Below are positions 44,649-54,105 of a stretch of 64,000 bases of DNA, one piece after another. The DNA is taken from positions 1-64,000 of the forward strand of contig JBDHAC010000024.1 in assembly GCA_039588275.1 (NCBI GenBank), read 5' to 3'. Positions within the stretch are counted from its first letter, which is position 1. Each line of letters begins with the position of its first letter. The DNA comes from Gemmatimonadota bacterium (lineage in GTDB: Bacteria; Gemmatimonadota; Gemmatimonadetes; Palauibacterales; Palauibacteraceae). The position numbers were made by a program, and so were the translations under genes. The notes beneath the pieces were generated by a model that searched no databases, was not told the DNA's origin, and saw only the letters and a list, made by a program, of their open reading frames with translations.

Positions 44649-45797
44649 GTGATGACGCGAACTCTCATTCTCGGCGCCGGCTTCGGCGGCCTCACCGTAG
44701 CCACCGAGCTTCGGGGACGGTTTGGCCCCGACCACGATATCATCCTGATCGACCGGCGACCGGACTTCCTGATGGGACTCCGGAAGCTGTGGGCCCTCGT
44801 CGGGATCGGCAGTCTTGAAGACGGCAGTCGATCCCGTGCGCTCCTCGAGGAGCGCGGGCTGCGCTTCTTGCAGGAGCAGATCCTGGCCATCGACCCCGTG
44901 ACCCGAAGCGTCCGGGCGGAGACCGGATCGACCGACGCGGATCACCTGGTCGTCGCGCTCGGCGCGAAACCCCGTCCCGATCTCGTTCTCGGGCTGTCCG
45001 AGCACGGGCACAACGTGTGGGACCCCCGGGCGGTACCGGGTCTCTCCGACGCCCTGGCGGGGCTCGACCAGGGGACGATCGCGATCGTGATCGCCGGTGT
45101 GCCCTATACCTGCCCCCCGGCGCCGTACGAGTGCGCCATGCTGCTGGACGACGATCTGAGGCAGCGCGGGCTCCGCGATCGCATCCGGATCGTCGTCAGC
45201 ACGCTTCAGCCGCTACTGATGCCGAATGCGGGGGCCGAAGGCTCCGCGTGGCTCGGCGAGCAGCTTCAGGCCCGGGGGATCGAGCACCACACCGGGCGGC
45301 AGGTCGAGCGGGTGGAGGCGGACCGCGTCGTGTTCGCGGACGGCGACCTCGCCTTCGATGTGCTCATCGGCGTGCCGCCGCACCGGCCCCCGAGCTTGAT
45401 CGCCGATAGCGGCCTGGCCGGGGACACCCCGTGGATCGAAGTCGATCCCGGTACCCTGCGGACCTCTTACGAGGGTGTGTACGCGATCGGCGACGTTACC
45501 AAGATTACGCTCGCGAACGGCCTCCCCCTGCCGAAGGCCGGTCTGATGGCGGAGCTGGAGGGCGAGCGGGTAGCGGCTGCCATCGCGGCCGAGCTACGCG
45601 GCGATGAGCCCCCGCCTCCGTTCGATGGCCGGGGCTACTGCTTCATGGAAATGGGGAAGACGAGCGCGACCCTGATCGAGGGCGAGTTCTTCGCGGCTCC
45701 CGAGCCGCGGGTCCGACTCGGCGACGTCTCGTCCAAGAACGCGGAAGACAAGCACCGCTTCGAGGCTGAGCGGTTGGAGCGTTGGTTCGGGGGGTAG
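44649..45797 (+). CDS. Sulfide:quinone oxidoreductase-like FAD-dependent oxidoreductase
   Basis: ILGAGFGG FAD site, LVVALGA, YTCPPAPYE, YAIGD, LPKAG and FDGRGYCF. Confidence 0.8.
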   Translation: MMTRTLILGAGFGGLTVATELRGRFGPDHDIILIDRRPDFLMGLRKLWALVGIGSLEDGSRSRALLEERGLRFLQEQILAIDPVTRSVRAETGSTDADHLVVALGAKPRPDLVLGLSEHGHNVWDPRAVPGLSDALAGLDQGTIAIVIAGVPYTCPPAPYECAMLLDDDLRQRGLRDRIRIVVSTLQPLLMPNAGAEGSAWLGEQLQARGIEHHTGRQVERVEADRVVFADGDLAFDVLIGVPPHRPPSLIADSGLAGDTPWIEVDPGTLRTSYEGVYAIGDVTKITLANGLPLPKAGLMAELEGERVAAAIAAELRGDEPPPPFDGRGYCFMEMGKTSATLIEGEFFAAPEPRVRLGDVSSKNAEDKHRFEAERLERWFGG

Positions 45798-45928
45798 ACT
45801 CTTTCTGAGCGCCGGCCACGGAGCAGGTTCCCCCGGAGGGGTGGCCCGGTCCGTTCGATCAGGGTACATCCGATTACCGTAATCGAGCGTTTCACGCCCG
45901 TGGTTACCCCAGCCGAGGAGATCCAGGC

Positions 45929-46219
45929 ATGCGCAGGTTCATCATCGAGCGAGACCTACCGGGCATCGGAGGTGCGGCTTCGAGCGACCTTCAGGGCGCT
46001 GCGGAGACGTCAAACGCCGCCCTCGCGGAGCTCGGAACCGACATTCAGTGGTTGCACAGCTACGTAGCGGGCGACAAGACGTTCTGCGTATACCTGGCGA
46101 CCGATGAGGAGCTCATCCACAAGCACGCCGACCTGAGCGGTTTCCCGGCCACCACGATCACCGAGATCAAGCGCATCATCGATCCGACCACGGCCACGAA
46201 GGTCAGCCGGACGCGCTGA
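45929..46219 (+). CDS. DUF4242 family protein
   Basis: GAGGAG RBS. M..FIIER..PG.G, IQW.HSYV..DKTFCVYLA and HA..SGFPA..I.EI...IDPTTA. Confidence 0.88.
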   Translation: MRRFIIERDLPGIGGAASSDLQGAAETSNAALAELGTDIQWLHSYVAGDKTFCVYLATDEELIHKHADLSGFPATTITEIKRIIDPTTATKVSRTR

Positions 46220-46289
46220 TACCGCGGACGCGGGCGCTCGAAGACGCCACGTCACTGCCGTGCCACGCCGCGGTGGGTGCCGTGGATCG

Positions 46290-46976
46290 TCAGAACCTCG
46301 CCGGGCGTCTGGTTTTCGCGTGATGGCGGGCCTGATCGATCTGCTCGGCGGAGAGCCTGGTGCGATCCCCCGAATCGCAGCCGGGCGCCATCAGGTTCCC
46401 GACCGCCGTGCACTCCACATGCAACAGCGTCAGTGAATGACCAAGCTCGTGGGCGAGGATGCGCCCCGGGTCGTTCACTCCTGCGGGATCCACCTCGGAG
46501 GAGACCGCCGCGGGTATGACGGCCAGATAGACGCCAGGTGCCGCCCCCGTGCTGGCGAGATCGTGCAGGACGAAGGCATCCCAGCCTTCCTGGAACAGCC
46601 GGTCCTTCGGCAGGATGGCCGTGATCACCGCGGTACTGAAGGGCCGCCCCGCCAGCAGGACCTGCTCGACCTCATCCTCGGACTGGGCGAATTCCCGCAT
46701 AATCGCCTCGATCTCCCACATGATGTCCGCCTGGCTCCAAACCTCGTTCACGCGGTCTAGCAGGGCCCTCACCTCGCCGTTGGCGAGCATGGAATGGACG
46801 GGCGTCAAGCGGGAGGTCAGGAGGTGCACCCGCAGGGGAAGCCTCAGCGTCTCGGTGGAAGCGGGGGGTGGTCCGGTTCCGGTACTCGAGTCGTCGCCGC
46901 ACGCGAGTCCGACGCACGAGGTGATCAGGAGAGCGAACCGCCAGGGGTGCCTCCAACCGGTGGCTTTCGTACGCAT
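46290..46976 (-). CDS. Lipoprotein with zincin metalloprotease motif
   Basis: GGAGG RBS, lipobox LAC, VNEVWSQA.I, and ILAHELGHSLTLLH...NLM (HExxHxxxxxH plus Met-turn). Confidence 0.8.
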   Translation of the reverse strand: MRTKATGWRHPWRFALLITSCVGLACGDDSSTGTGPPPASTETLRLPLRVHLLTSRLTPVHSMLANGEVRALLDRVNEVWSQADIMWEIEAIMREFAQSEDEVEQVLLAGRPFSTAVITAILPKDRLFQEGWDAFVLHDLASTGAAPGVYLAVIPAAVSSEVDPAGVNDPGRILAHELGHSLTLLHVECTAVGNLMAPGCDSGDRTRLSAEQIDQARHHAKTRRPARF

Positions 46977-47259
46977 CGCCTCGCCCTCCTGCCCGGGCTC
47001 GGGGTCTTCACTCACACCCAGCACGCCACCTCCACTTCGGCCGCGCCGGCGGCCCATGGCATCAACGCCTGGAAGAGGAGCGGGTTCCACGATCCCGGAA
47101 ACTGAACCCCGGGGCGCTCCCGCACAATCGAAGGCTGCTGGTGGGCTGGCCTTCGCACGTGTAGCGCCACGAGGCAGCTGGCCCTATCTCAGGGTCAGGC
47201 CCGACTCCCATGGTTTGCGGCCGGCTCCGATGTTCGCACACCCGCACCGAGGAGGCGAG

Positions 47260-48666
47260 ATGGACCTGCACGAAGACCCGAGCCCCCCTCGTTTTGAGGG
47301 CCAGGCGCTGGAACGCCGTGAACTGATCAAGCTTGGCGCTCTGGGGGCCGGCGCCGCGCTTCTGGGCGGTTGCGCCTCCGGCGCGCAGCGAAGGGACACG
47401 GCGGGTCCGAGCCGCGCCTCGAGCGCGACGCCCGAGCAGCCCTTCGCGGCACCGCCCCTCGAGCGCGTCCGAATCGGGTTCGTCGGCATCGGCGGGATGG
47501 GCTCGGTACATGTCCGGAACCTTCTCGAGATCGAGGGCGTCGAGCTCACCGCCCTGTGCGACATTCGCCCGGCTCACGCCGAGCGAGCGAGAGATTGGGT
47601 GCTCGAGGCGGGTCAGCCCGAGCCGACGCTGTACACGAGGGGCGAGACCGATTTCGAGCGCATGTGTGCGGAAGAGGAGCTCGACCTGGTCTATACGGCC
47701 ACCCCGTGGCGCTGGCATGTACCCGTGTGCGTGGCGGCGATGGAGAACGGTAAGCACGCGGCCACCGAAGTCCCCGCCGCGTACACGCTGGAGGACTGCT
47801 GGAGGTTGGTCGAGACGGCCGAGGCGCGAGGGAAGCACTGCGCGATGATGGAGAACGTGAACTACGGCCGCTGGGAAATGCTCGTCTTCCACATGGTCCG
47901 GCAGGGCTTGTTCGGCGAGGTCCTGCACGGCGAGGGCGGCTACCTGCATGATCTCCGCGCGATCAAGTTCGCGTCCGAAGGGGAGGGGCTATGGCGCCGC
48001 GATCACGCCTGGACGCGGAACGGCAATCTGTACCCGACTCATGGACTCGGCCCGATCGCGAACTGCATGGACATCAACCGGGGCGACCGGTTCGAGTACC
48101 TCGTGTCGATGAGCGGCCCTTCGCGCGGGCTCCAGGAGTATGCCCGCGAGCACTTCCCAGCGGATGCGCCCCAGCGGAGGGAGACATTCGCGCTCGGCGA
48201 CGTCAACGTGAGCCTGATCAAGACCGCGAACGGGCGCACGGTTTACGTAAGTCACGATACGAACCTCCCTCGCCCGTACAGCCGGATCCATCTCGTGCAG
48301 GGGACGAAAGGTCTCTTTCAGGGGTACCCGAACCGCGTTTACCTGGAAGACCGAAGTCCCGAGCACCGGTGGGAAGCTGCGGATGATTACCTGGACGAGT
48401 TCAAGCACCCGCTGTGGGGGGAGCTGGGGGAAGCCGGGGAAGGGCGCGGCCACGGTAGCATGGACTTTCTCGAAGACTATCGGCTCATAAAATGCCTGCG
48501 GGAGGGTCTGCCCACGGACATGAACGTATACGACGCCGCGACGCTCTCGGCGGTGTGCGAGCTTTCCGAGCGCTCCGTGGCGAACGGGAGCCGGCCGATG
48601 GAGTTTCCCGACTTCACCGGTGGTCGCTGGAGTACCTGGCCAGAGCTCGGGGTCGTGACCGCCTAG
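47260..48666 (+). CDS. GH109-like NAD+-dependent glycosidase (alpha-N-acetylgalactosaminidase-like; Gfo/Idh/MocA fold), Tat/lipoprotein signal
   Basis: ERRELIK..LGGC, VRIGFVGIGGMG, ATPW.WH, KHAATEVPAA, MMEN, YLHDLR, NGNLYPTHG, HDT..PRPYSR and GHGSMDF. Confidence 0.9.
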   Translation: MDLHEDPSPPRFEGQALERRELIKLGALGAGAALLGGCASGAQRRDTAGPSRASSATPEQPFAAPPLERVRIGFVGIGGMGSVHVRNLLEIEGVELTALCDIRPAHAERARDWVLEAGQPEPTLYTRGETDFERMCAEEELDLVYTATPWRWHVPVCVAAMENGKHAATEVPAAYTLEDCWRLVETAEARGKHCAMMENVNYGRWEMLVFHMVRQGLFGEVLHGEGGYLHDLRAIKFASEGEGLWRRDHAWTRNGNLYPTHGLGPIANCMDINRGDRFEYLVSMSGPSRGLQEYAREHFPADAPQRRETFALGDVNVSLIKTANGRTVYVSHDTNLPRPYSRIHLVQGTKGLFQGYPNRVYLEDRSPEHRWEAADDYLDEFKHPLWGELGEAGEGRGHGSMDFLEDYRLIKCLREGLPTDMNVYDAATLSAVCELSERSVANGSRPMEFPDFTGGRWSTWPELGVVTA

Positions 48667-48722
48667 GACGGCCGGTCCGCATCACCGAGGCCAGCGCGCG
48701 AGCTCGGCGCCAGCGAGAAGCG

Positions 48723-49400
48723 ATGGTGTTGCCCGGGTGCTTGCTGTTGCTCGCGTCCGTTTTCCCGTTGCCTGCCGCTCGTGGCGATGGCGCGCCGGGA
48801 CCGGGCCCGTTCTCCGCGGTGAACGCGCCGCAACTCATTGGGGTGCGGAGGTCGAGCGACACCGTCGCCATCGATTTCGAGACCTACCCCGACGGCACGC
48901 CGGCATGCGAGTACTGTCCGCTCAGCGATGAGTACCGCTCGCTCGGTGTCATCTTCTCGTTTCGATCCTGGACAGCGGGCGCGCGGTATCCTTACCTCGT
49001 GGATGCGGGCTCGTACCTTCCCGAAGACGCGGAGCGTCCCCATGGGGTCGTCCCCGCGCTTCAGGAGCGAGGCCTCGAGGTGGGCGTCATCCGCATGCAG
49101 TTCCCGGATGCCCCGACGCGTGTCGCCTTCGACCTCACGGGTCCGGACCTGATCGACCGCTTCGCGGTGACGGCATGGACCCCGCGCGGCCGAGTCGATA
49201 CCGGTGCGATCCTGCGCCGGCGCCCGCAGACGTTCCATGCCGCAGGTGGCGGGGTGTTTCGACAGGAACGGGTGACGGTCGAGAACGCGGCCGGCATCGT
49301 GCGGATCGAATTGGACGGGTGGGGACCACCCGGTCACCTGATGCTCATCGACAACCTGAGCGTCGGCGATGACGCGTCGCCTCGACCCGCCCCTCGCTGA
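48723..49400 (+). CDS. Secreted hypothetical protein
   Basis: Signal-like N-terminus, IDFE..PDG, L..EY..LGVIFS and C-terminal IDNL. Confidence 0.6.
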   Translation: MVLPGCLLLLASVFPLPAARGDGAPGPGPFSAVNAPQLIGVRRSSDTVAIDFETYPDGTPACEYCPLSDEYRSLGVIFSFRSWTAGARYPYLVDAGSYLPEDAERPHGVVPALQERGLEVGVIRMQFPDAPTRVAFDLTGPDLIDRFAVTAWTPRGRVDTGAILRRRPQTFHAAGGGVFRQERVTVENAAGIVRIELDGWGPPGHLMLIDNLSVGDDASPRPAPR

Positions 49401-50790
49401 CAAGCTGGCTCTGGCAGTCTACTATCCACCACATGCAGGGTATGCATCCGAGGCGCGGTATCCTGAAAGGCGAGCCCGGATCTTGACCGATTCCGGCGGA
49501 GGGCCCGAGGCGCTGGAGCGTTCGCAGGAAGAGTTCCAGGCTCTTTACTCGCATCCTCCTGCGTACCTCGTGCAGGCTCCGGGCCGGGTGAACCTGGTCG
49601 GGGAGCACATCGACTACTGCGGGCTTTCCGTGCTGCCGATGGCGATCGAGCGCCGCGTCCGGCTCCTGGCGCGGCCGCGCCAGGACGCGCAAGTACGAAT
49701 CGCGTCCACTGCTTGGAACTACGAGCTACGCACCTTCCAGCTAGCCGAGGCGATTCCCCGATACCCGGGAGGTGACTGGGGCAATTACGTTAAAGCCGCC
49801 GGCCAGGCCATGGTTCGCCACCTGGCGTCGGGACCGATTGACGATGCGAAAGGGATTCCTCTGCGCGGATTCGACGGTCTCGTCTATTCGGATCTGCCCC
49901 TCGCCGCCGGGCTCAGCTCCTCCTCCGCACTCGTGATCGCATCCGGGTTAGCGTTCCTCGCGGCAAACGATCTCGCTGTCCCGGCACTGCATGATGCAGA
50001 GGGAGAGTTGGACGCCAGTCACAAGGCCATCACGCGAGCACAGCTTGCTGCGCACCTGGCGCACGGTGAACGCTACGTGGGCACCGCCGGTGGAGGGATG
50101 GACCACGCGGTCTGCCTGCTCGCTCGCACGGGGACGGCGCTACGCATCGACTTCGAGCCGTTGCATACGACGCCGATTCCGATTCCCGAGGATTGGAGGT
50201 TCATCGTCGCACACAGCTTCGTGCGCGCCGAGAAATCGAGATCCGCGCTCTCCGTCTACAATCAGCGCACCCGCCAGGCGCGGGAGGCCCAGGAGATCGT
50301 GTGGGATGCCATGAACCCCTCGGGCGGCACGGGCAGTTACCAGGACCTGCTCGTGGACCACGTCCCGCACGAGCTGGTCATCGCGGCCGAGGACAATCTT
50401 CACCCCATGCTTCGCCGGCGCTTCCGACACATCGTGACGGAAGCGCAGCGCGTCCACTGGGCGGAAGCCGCGCTCGAAACGGGCGACTTGGGCCGGTTCG
50501 GCGACATCCTGTCCGCCTCGCACCTCAGTCTCCGCGACGATTACGAAGTGAGCACCGTCGAGCTCGACGAGCTCGTCAAGATCATGCTGGAGGCGGGTGC
50601 AGCCGGTGCGCGGCTCACGGGAGCCGGGCTGGGGGGATGCGCGATGGGAGTGTGTACGGAATCCGAGGTAGAAGCGGTGTGCGACGCCGTGCGGACCGAC
50701 TTCTATGGACGGCGCTTTCCGCCGGGCGAAGTGGTCGAGTACCCGTTCGTCGCTCACGCCTCGGAGGGCGCCTCGGTGACGAGCGTCTAA
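49369..50790 (+). CDS. galK: Galactokinase / GalNAc kinase (GHMP family)
   Basis: APGRVNLVGEHIDY, WGNY, P.AAGLSSSSAL, GGMD, YN.R, RH..TE..RV, SH.SLRDDYEVS and GARLTGAGLGGC. The start may be downstream. Confidence 0.9.
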   Translation: MTRRLDPPLADKLALAVYYPPHAGYASEARYPERRARILTDSGGGPEALERSQEEFQALYSHPPAYLVQAPGRVNLVGEHIDYCGLSVLPMAIERRVRLLARPRQDAQVRIASTAWNYELRTFQLAEAIPRYPGGDWGNYVKAAGQAMVRHLASGPIDDAKGIPLRGFDGLVYSDLPLAAGLSSSSALVIASGLAFLAANDLAVPALHDAEGELDASHKAITRAQLAAHLAHGERYVGTAGGGMDHAVCLLARTGTALRIDFEPLHTTPIPIPEDWRFIVAHSFVRAEKSRSALSVYNQRTRQAREAQEIVWDAMNPSGGTGSYQDLLVDHVPHELVIAAEDNLHPMLRRRFRHIVTEAQRVHWAEAALETGDLGRFGDILSASHLSLRDDYEVSTVELDELVKIMLEAGAAGARLTGAGLGGCAMGVCTESEVEAVCDAVRTDFYGRRFPPGEVVEYPFVAHASEGASVTSV

Positions 50791-50794
50791 TCCC

Positions 50795-51569
50795 TCAGAA
50801 GTCGTCGACCTCTCGGTACGCCGCGATCACCGCGAGCTCCCCCTCCGGACCGGGCCGCGAATTCCCGTGCTCCATGCCGAGGATGCCCGTGTACCCTTTC
50901 CCGTGAATGTGCCGGAAGATTCAGGATCTTGCACGCCGGGCTGTCCACGGCACGGCAGATCTCGTACGCCTGTGGGATCTTCTCGAGGAAGAGCCCTGGG
51001 TGGTTGAAGAAGTTGAGCGGCTCGAGGACCATCACCAGCCCATGCGGCTCGAGTATGCCGGCGGCCCGCTTGAGGCTCTCGATCACGTTCGCCGTCTGGT
51101 ATCCGAAGTCCCGCCGTAGGTCGACGTGGCCCGGCACGACCGTCATCCAGGTCGCGTTCGTACGCTTCGCCACCTCGACGGAACCTCGGATGTCCGCCAG
51201 GAACTCCTCGCGCCAATCCTCCCGGCCGCTGGCGAGGTTCGGCTCGCGCCAATAGATGGTGTGCGCCACGAACACTCCCATCGCCATCCCCAGCCGCCCC
51301 ATCTCGCGAGCGATCCTCTCCAGCTCGGACACGGGGCGCTCGCGCATCTCGTTGTCCTCGAGCGCGCTGAACCCGTGCTCGGCCATGAAGCGCAATTGGT
51401 CGAGGGGGTCTTCGCCGGCGCTTCCCTCGAACATCCCGAAATGAGGCGCGTAGCGGAGCTTGAATGCTTGCCTGCCCGGCGCTTCATGGCTGGCTGCGAG
51501 CCCGGAGCGCGCAGCCAGCGTGCCGACGGCCGCGGCTAATCCTGATTTGATCAGATCTCGACGTTCCAT
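50795..51569 (-). pseudogene. Hydroxypyruvate-isomerase/xylose-isomerase-like TIM barrel (Tat signal) with internal deletion and frameshift near 50921
   Basis: ERRDLIK, YAPHFGMF, VLEPLN..NHPG and SP.CKIL, then a jump in another frame to IFRHIHGKGYTGILGMEHG...AYREVDDF* (stop at 50795). The D-x-Y-H...GR..P..GEINY segment is missing. Confidence 0.75.
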
Positions 51570-51595
51570 GCTACGATCCGTTTCCTAACAGCCTG

Positions 51596-52987
51596 CTAAA
51601 GCGCGTGGCTGACTCCGGGAACAGGCACTGCGTAGCGCCCATCCGCATCGGGCAGGACGGGCGGATCCGCGTCCCAGGCATATCGCACGGGCATCAGGTT
51701 CAGCTCCGAGCCCAGCGCCTCCTCCCACTCCACTTCCTGACCGGAGTACGTGGCCATGCGCCCCATGATGGCGGTCATCGTCGCGATCGCCCCGACGTCC
51801 GCGTCCGCGTACTTGAACTCGCCCGCCGCGATCGCCGCGAACAGCTTGTCGTGCTCGACCTGATACGGGTTCGGGTCGCCCTCGTCGTCGTGCTCGAAGA
51901 GGACGTGACCAGAGCTCGACAGGATCAAACCGGGGCGGGGGGCGACCCCATTGGTACCGTGGAACGCTTCGGAGACGCGGTTCATGCAATCGGGTTGGTG
52001 CCGGCATTGGCTGAGCACCCGGCTCCCGTCCTCGTATTCGAACTCGACGAAGTGATGGTCGAAGATCTCGCCGTGGTCCTTGCCCCTGCGGACCTCACGC
52101 CCACCCTGGCCCTGGGCGCGCACCGGGTGCCCCTGCTTGACCCAGTTGGCCACGTCCATGTTGTGGATGTGCTGCTCGACGATGTGATCGCCGCACAGCC
52201 AGTTGAAGTAGTACCAGTTCCGCATCTGGTACTCCATCTCGGTCTGGCCGGGCTCCCGTTCCCGCACCCAAACCCCCGAGCTGTTCCAGTAAATGCGGCT
52301 CAACGTGATGTCACCGATCATGCCCGCGTGCAGCCGGGCCACCCACTCGCGGTACACCGTCTGGTACCGGCGCTGCAACCCGACCACCACGTTGAGCCCG
52401 CGGGCTTTCGCCTTCTCGTGCGCCGCGAGGACTTTACGCACGCCGGGTGCGTCGGTGGCCACGGGCTTCTCCATGAAGACCTGCTTCCCCGCGTCGATCG
52501 CCGCCTCGAAGTGCAGCGGGCGAAAGCCCGGGGGCGTGGCGAGGATCACGACGTCGACGAGGGGGAGAACCTCCCGATATGCCTCGAAGCCCGCGAACCG
52601 GCGCCCCTTCGGTACCTGGATACGATCCCGGATGTCGCGCTCCGGTCCGAGCTCCTCGGCGAGCTCATCCCCCTGGAGCGTCTCCATGCAACTCCGAACC
52701 CGATCGGGGAAGGCGTCCGCCAACGCCACGAGCTGGACGTCCTGTCCTGTCTGGAGTGCCTGCGATGCGGCTCCGGTTCCGCGCCCCCCGCAGCCGATCA
52801 GTCCGACGCGGATGGGGCTCGCTGTCTGTCGCCGGAGTGCGAGCCCATCAGATTCGGTGGCCTCGATTCCTGCCTCGGCAGACACCGACAGCGGTGCGGC
52901 CGCGAGGGATCCGACGGCGGCAGCGGTTGCCTTCACGAAGTCGCGGCGATCGATAGGGGACCTGGAACCAGAGCGTGTCTCGTTCAT
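51596..52987 (-). CDS. Gfo/Idh/MocA family oxidoreductase, Tat signal
   Basis: DRRDFVK, VGLIGCGGRG.GA, ATPPGFRP, FMEKPVA, GLQRR and NWYYFNWLCGDHIVEQHIH..D. Confidence 0.92.
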   Translation of the reverse strand: MNETRSGSRSPIDRRDFVKATAAAVGSLAAAPLSVSAEAGIEATESDGLALRRQTASPIRVGLIGCGGRGTGAASQALQTGQDVQLVALADAFPDRVRSCMETLQGDELAEELGPERDIRDRIQVPKGRRFAGFEAYREVLPLVDVVILATPPGFRPLHFEAAIDAGKQVFMEKPVATDAPGVRKVLAAHEKAKARGLNVVVGLQRRYQTVYREWVARLHAGMIGDITLSRIYWNSSGVWVREREPGQTEMEYQMRNWYYFNWLCGDHIVEQHIHNMDVANWVKQGHPVRAQGQGGREVRRGKDHGEIFDHHFVEFEYEDGSRVLSQCRHQPDCMNRVSEAFHGTNGVAPRPGLILSSSGHVLFEHDDEGDPNPYQVEHDKLFAAIAAGEFKYADADVGAIATMTAIMGRMATYSGQEVEWEEALGSELNLMPVRYAWDADPPVLPDADGRYAVPVPGVSHAL

Positions 52988-53088
52988 GACCCTGTGTCCG
53001 GGTTGAGGGTTTTGGCGGCTGTGCGCCGGCAGGCATCCCATCAACCTGGCGCGCGGGATTCGAAAGAGACAAGAGGTCGGCCTGAAGC

Positions 53089-54105
53089 TCAGGTGCCGAG
53101 GAGATCGTCCCAGTAACCCCGGATCTCCTCGAGTGACATCTCTTTCGCGGGGCGAACGAGCCTGAAGCCGACGTGTGGAGAGTCGGTGTTCCACCATCGG
53201 CTCTTCGGGAGCTGAGGGTCGCGACGTTGCCAGTCGGGGGTGGATGGGAGGCGGGCGGCGCAGCGAAGCGCCGGGGCAGCGTCGTCGAACGCTCCTCCGC
53301 GCACGGTATGACGAGCGCCCCGTCCGGGCCGTGACCAGGGCGCCACGGCCGGTTCGCCCTCGAGCGTGGCGTAGAAGTCGGGGTCATACTCATCCATGGT
53401 CCACTCGGCGACGTTGCCGTGCATGTCGAAGATGCCCCAGCGATTGGGCTCGTTCGCGCCGACCCTGTGGTGAGTGTCCCCGCTGCTCGCGGCATACCAG
53501 GCGTACCGCTCCAGCGCCTCGGGGTCGTCGCCGAACCCGTACGCGGTCTGCTCCCCCGCTCGGCAGGCGTACTCCCACTCGGCCTCGGTCGGAAGTCGGT
53601 ACAGGCGTCCGGTCTTTTCGGAGAGCCACCGGGCATACTGGAGGGCAGCGCGCTGGGTCATGCCCACCGCAGGATGGGCGCCGTGACCCATCCCCTGCGC
53701 CGGGTCCTCGTAAGGGGGACTCGGCCGCGAGATGGCATCGACATCCATGGATACGCCGGGTACAGCGGTCTGCTCGCTGTCGAGCCGCCGAAATCGGAAG
53801 ATGGCGTATTCGTTGAACGTGACCTCGTGCACTCCGATCCAGAACGGCTCGACCGCAACGGCACGTCGAGGACCCTCGTCGGTTGACCGGCCCGACTCGT
53901 CAGCCGGACTTCCGATCAGGAACGTCCCTCCCGGCACGTACACCATGCTGAACGAGATGTCGGTGCCCGGGATCGTCTGCAAATCGGTGATGCCGGCCTC
54001 CTGCTCCACCAGGCCGGTGTCCCCCGGAGCGGCCACGATCTGCGGAGCGCACCATCCCGTCAGGGTGAGGGCGAATCCGATGCTCGCTCCACCGCGACCC
54101 CTCAT
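53089..54105 (-). CDS. Formylglycine-generating-enzyme (SUMF1/FGE-sulfatase) domain protein
   Basis: GGTFLIGS, EGP...V, HEVT, YRLPTEAEWEYACRAG, PN.WG.FDMHGNVAEW, RGG and GFRLVR. Confidence 0.9.
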   Translation of the reverse strand: MRGRGGASIGFALTLTGWCAPQIVAAPGDTGLVEQEAGITDLQTIPGTDISFSMVYVPGGTFLIGSPADESGRSTDEGPRRAVAVEPFWIGVHEVTFNEYAIFRFRRLDSEQTAVPGVSMDVDAISRPSPPYEDPAQGMGHGAHPAVGMTQRAALQYARWLSEKTGRLYRLPTEAEWEYACRAGEQTAYGFGDDPEALERYAWYAASSGDTHHRVGANEPNRWGIFDMHGNVAEWTMDEYDPDFYATLEGEPAVAPWSRPGRGARHTVRGGAFDDAAPALRCAARLPSTPDWQRRDPQLPKSRWWNTDSPHVGFRLVRPAKEMSLEEIRGYWDDLLGT

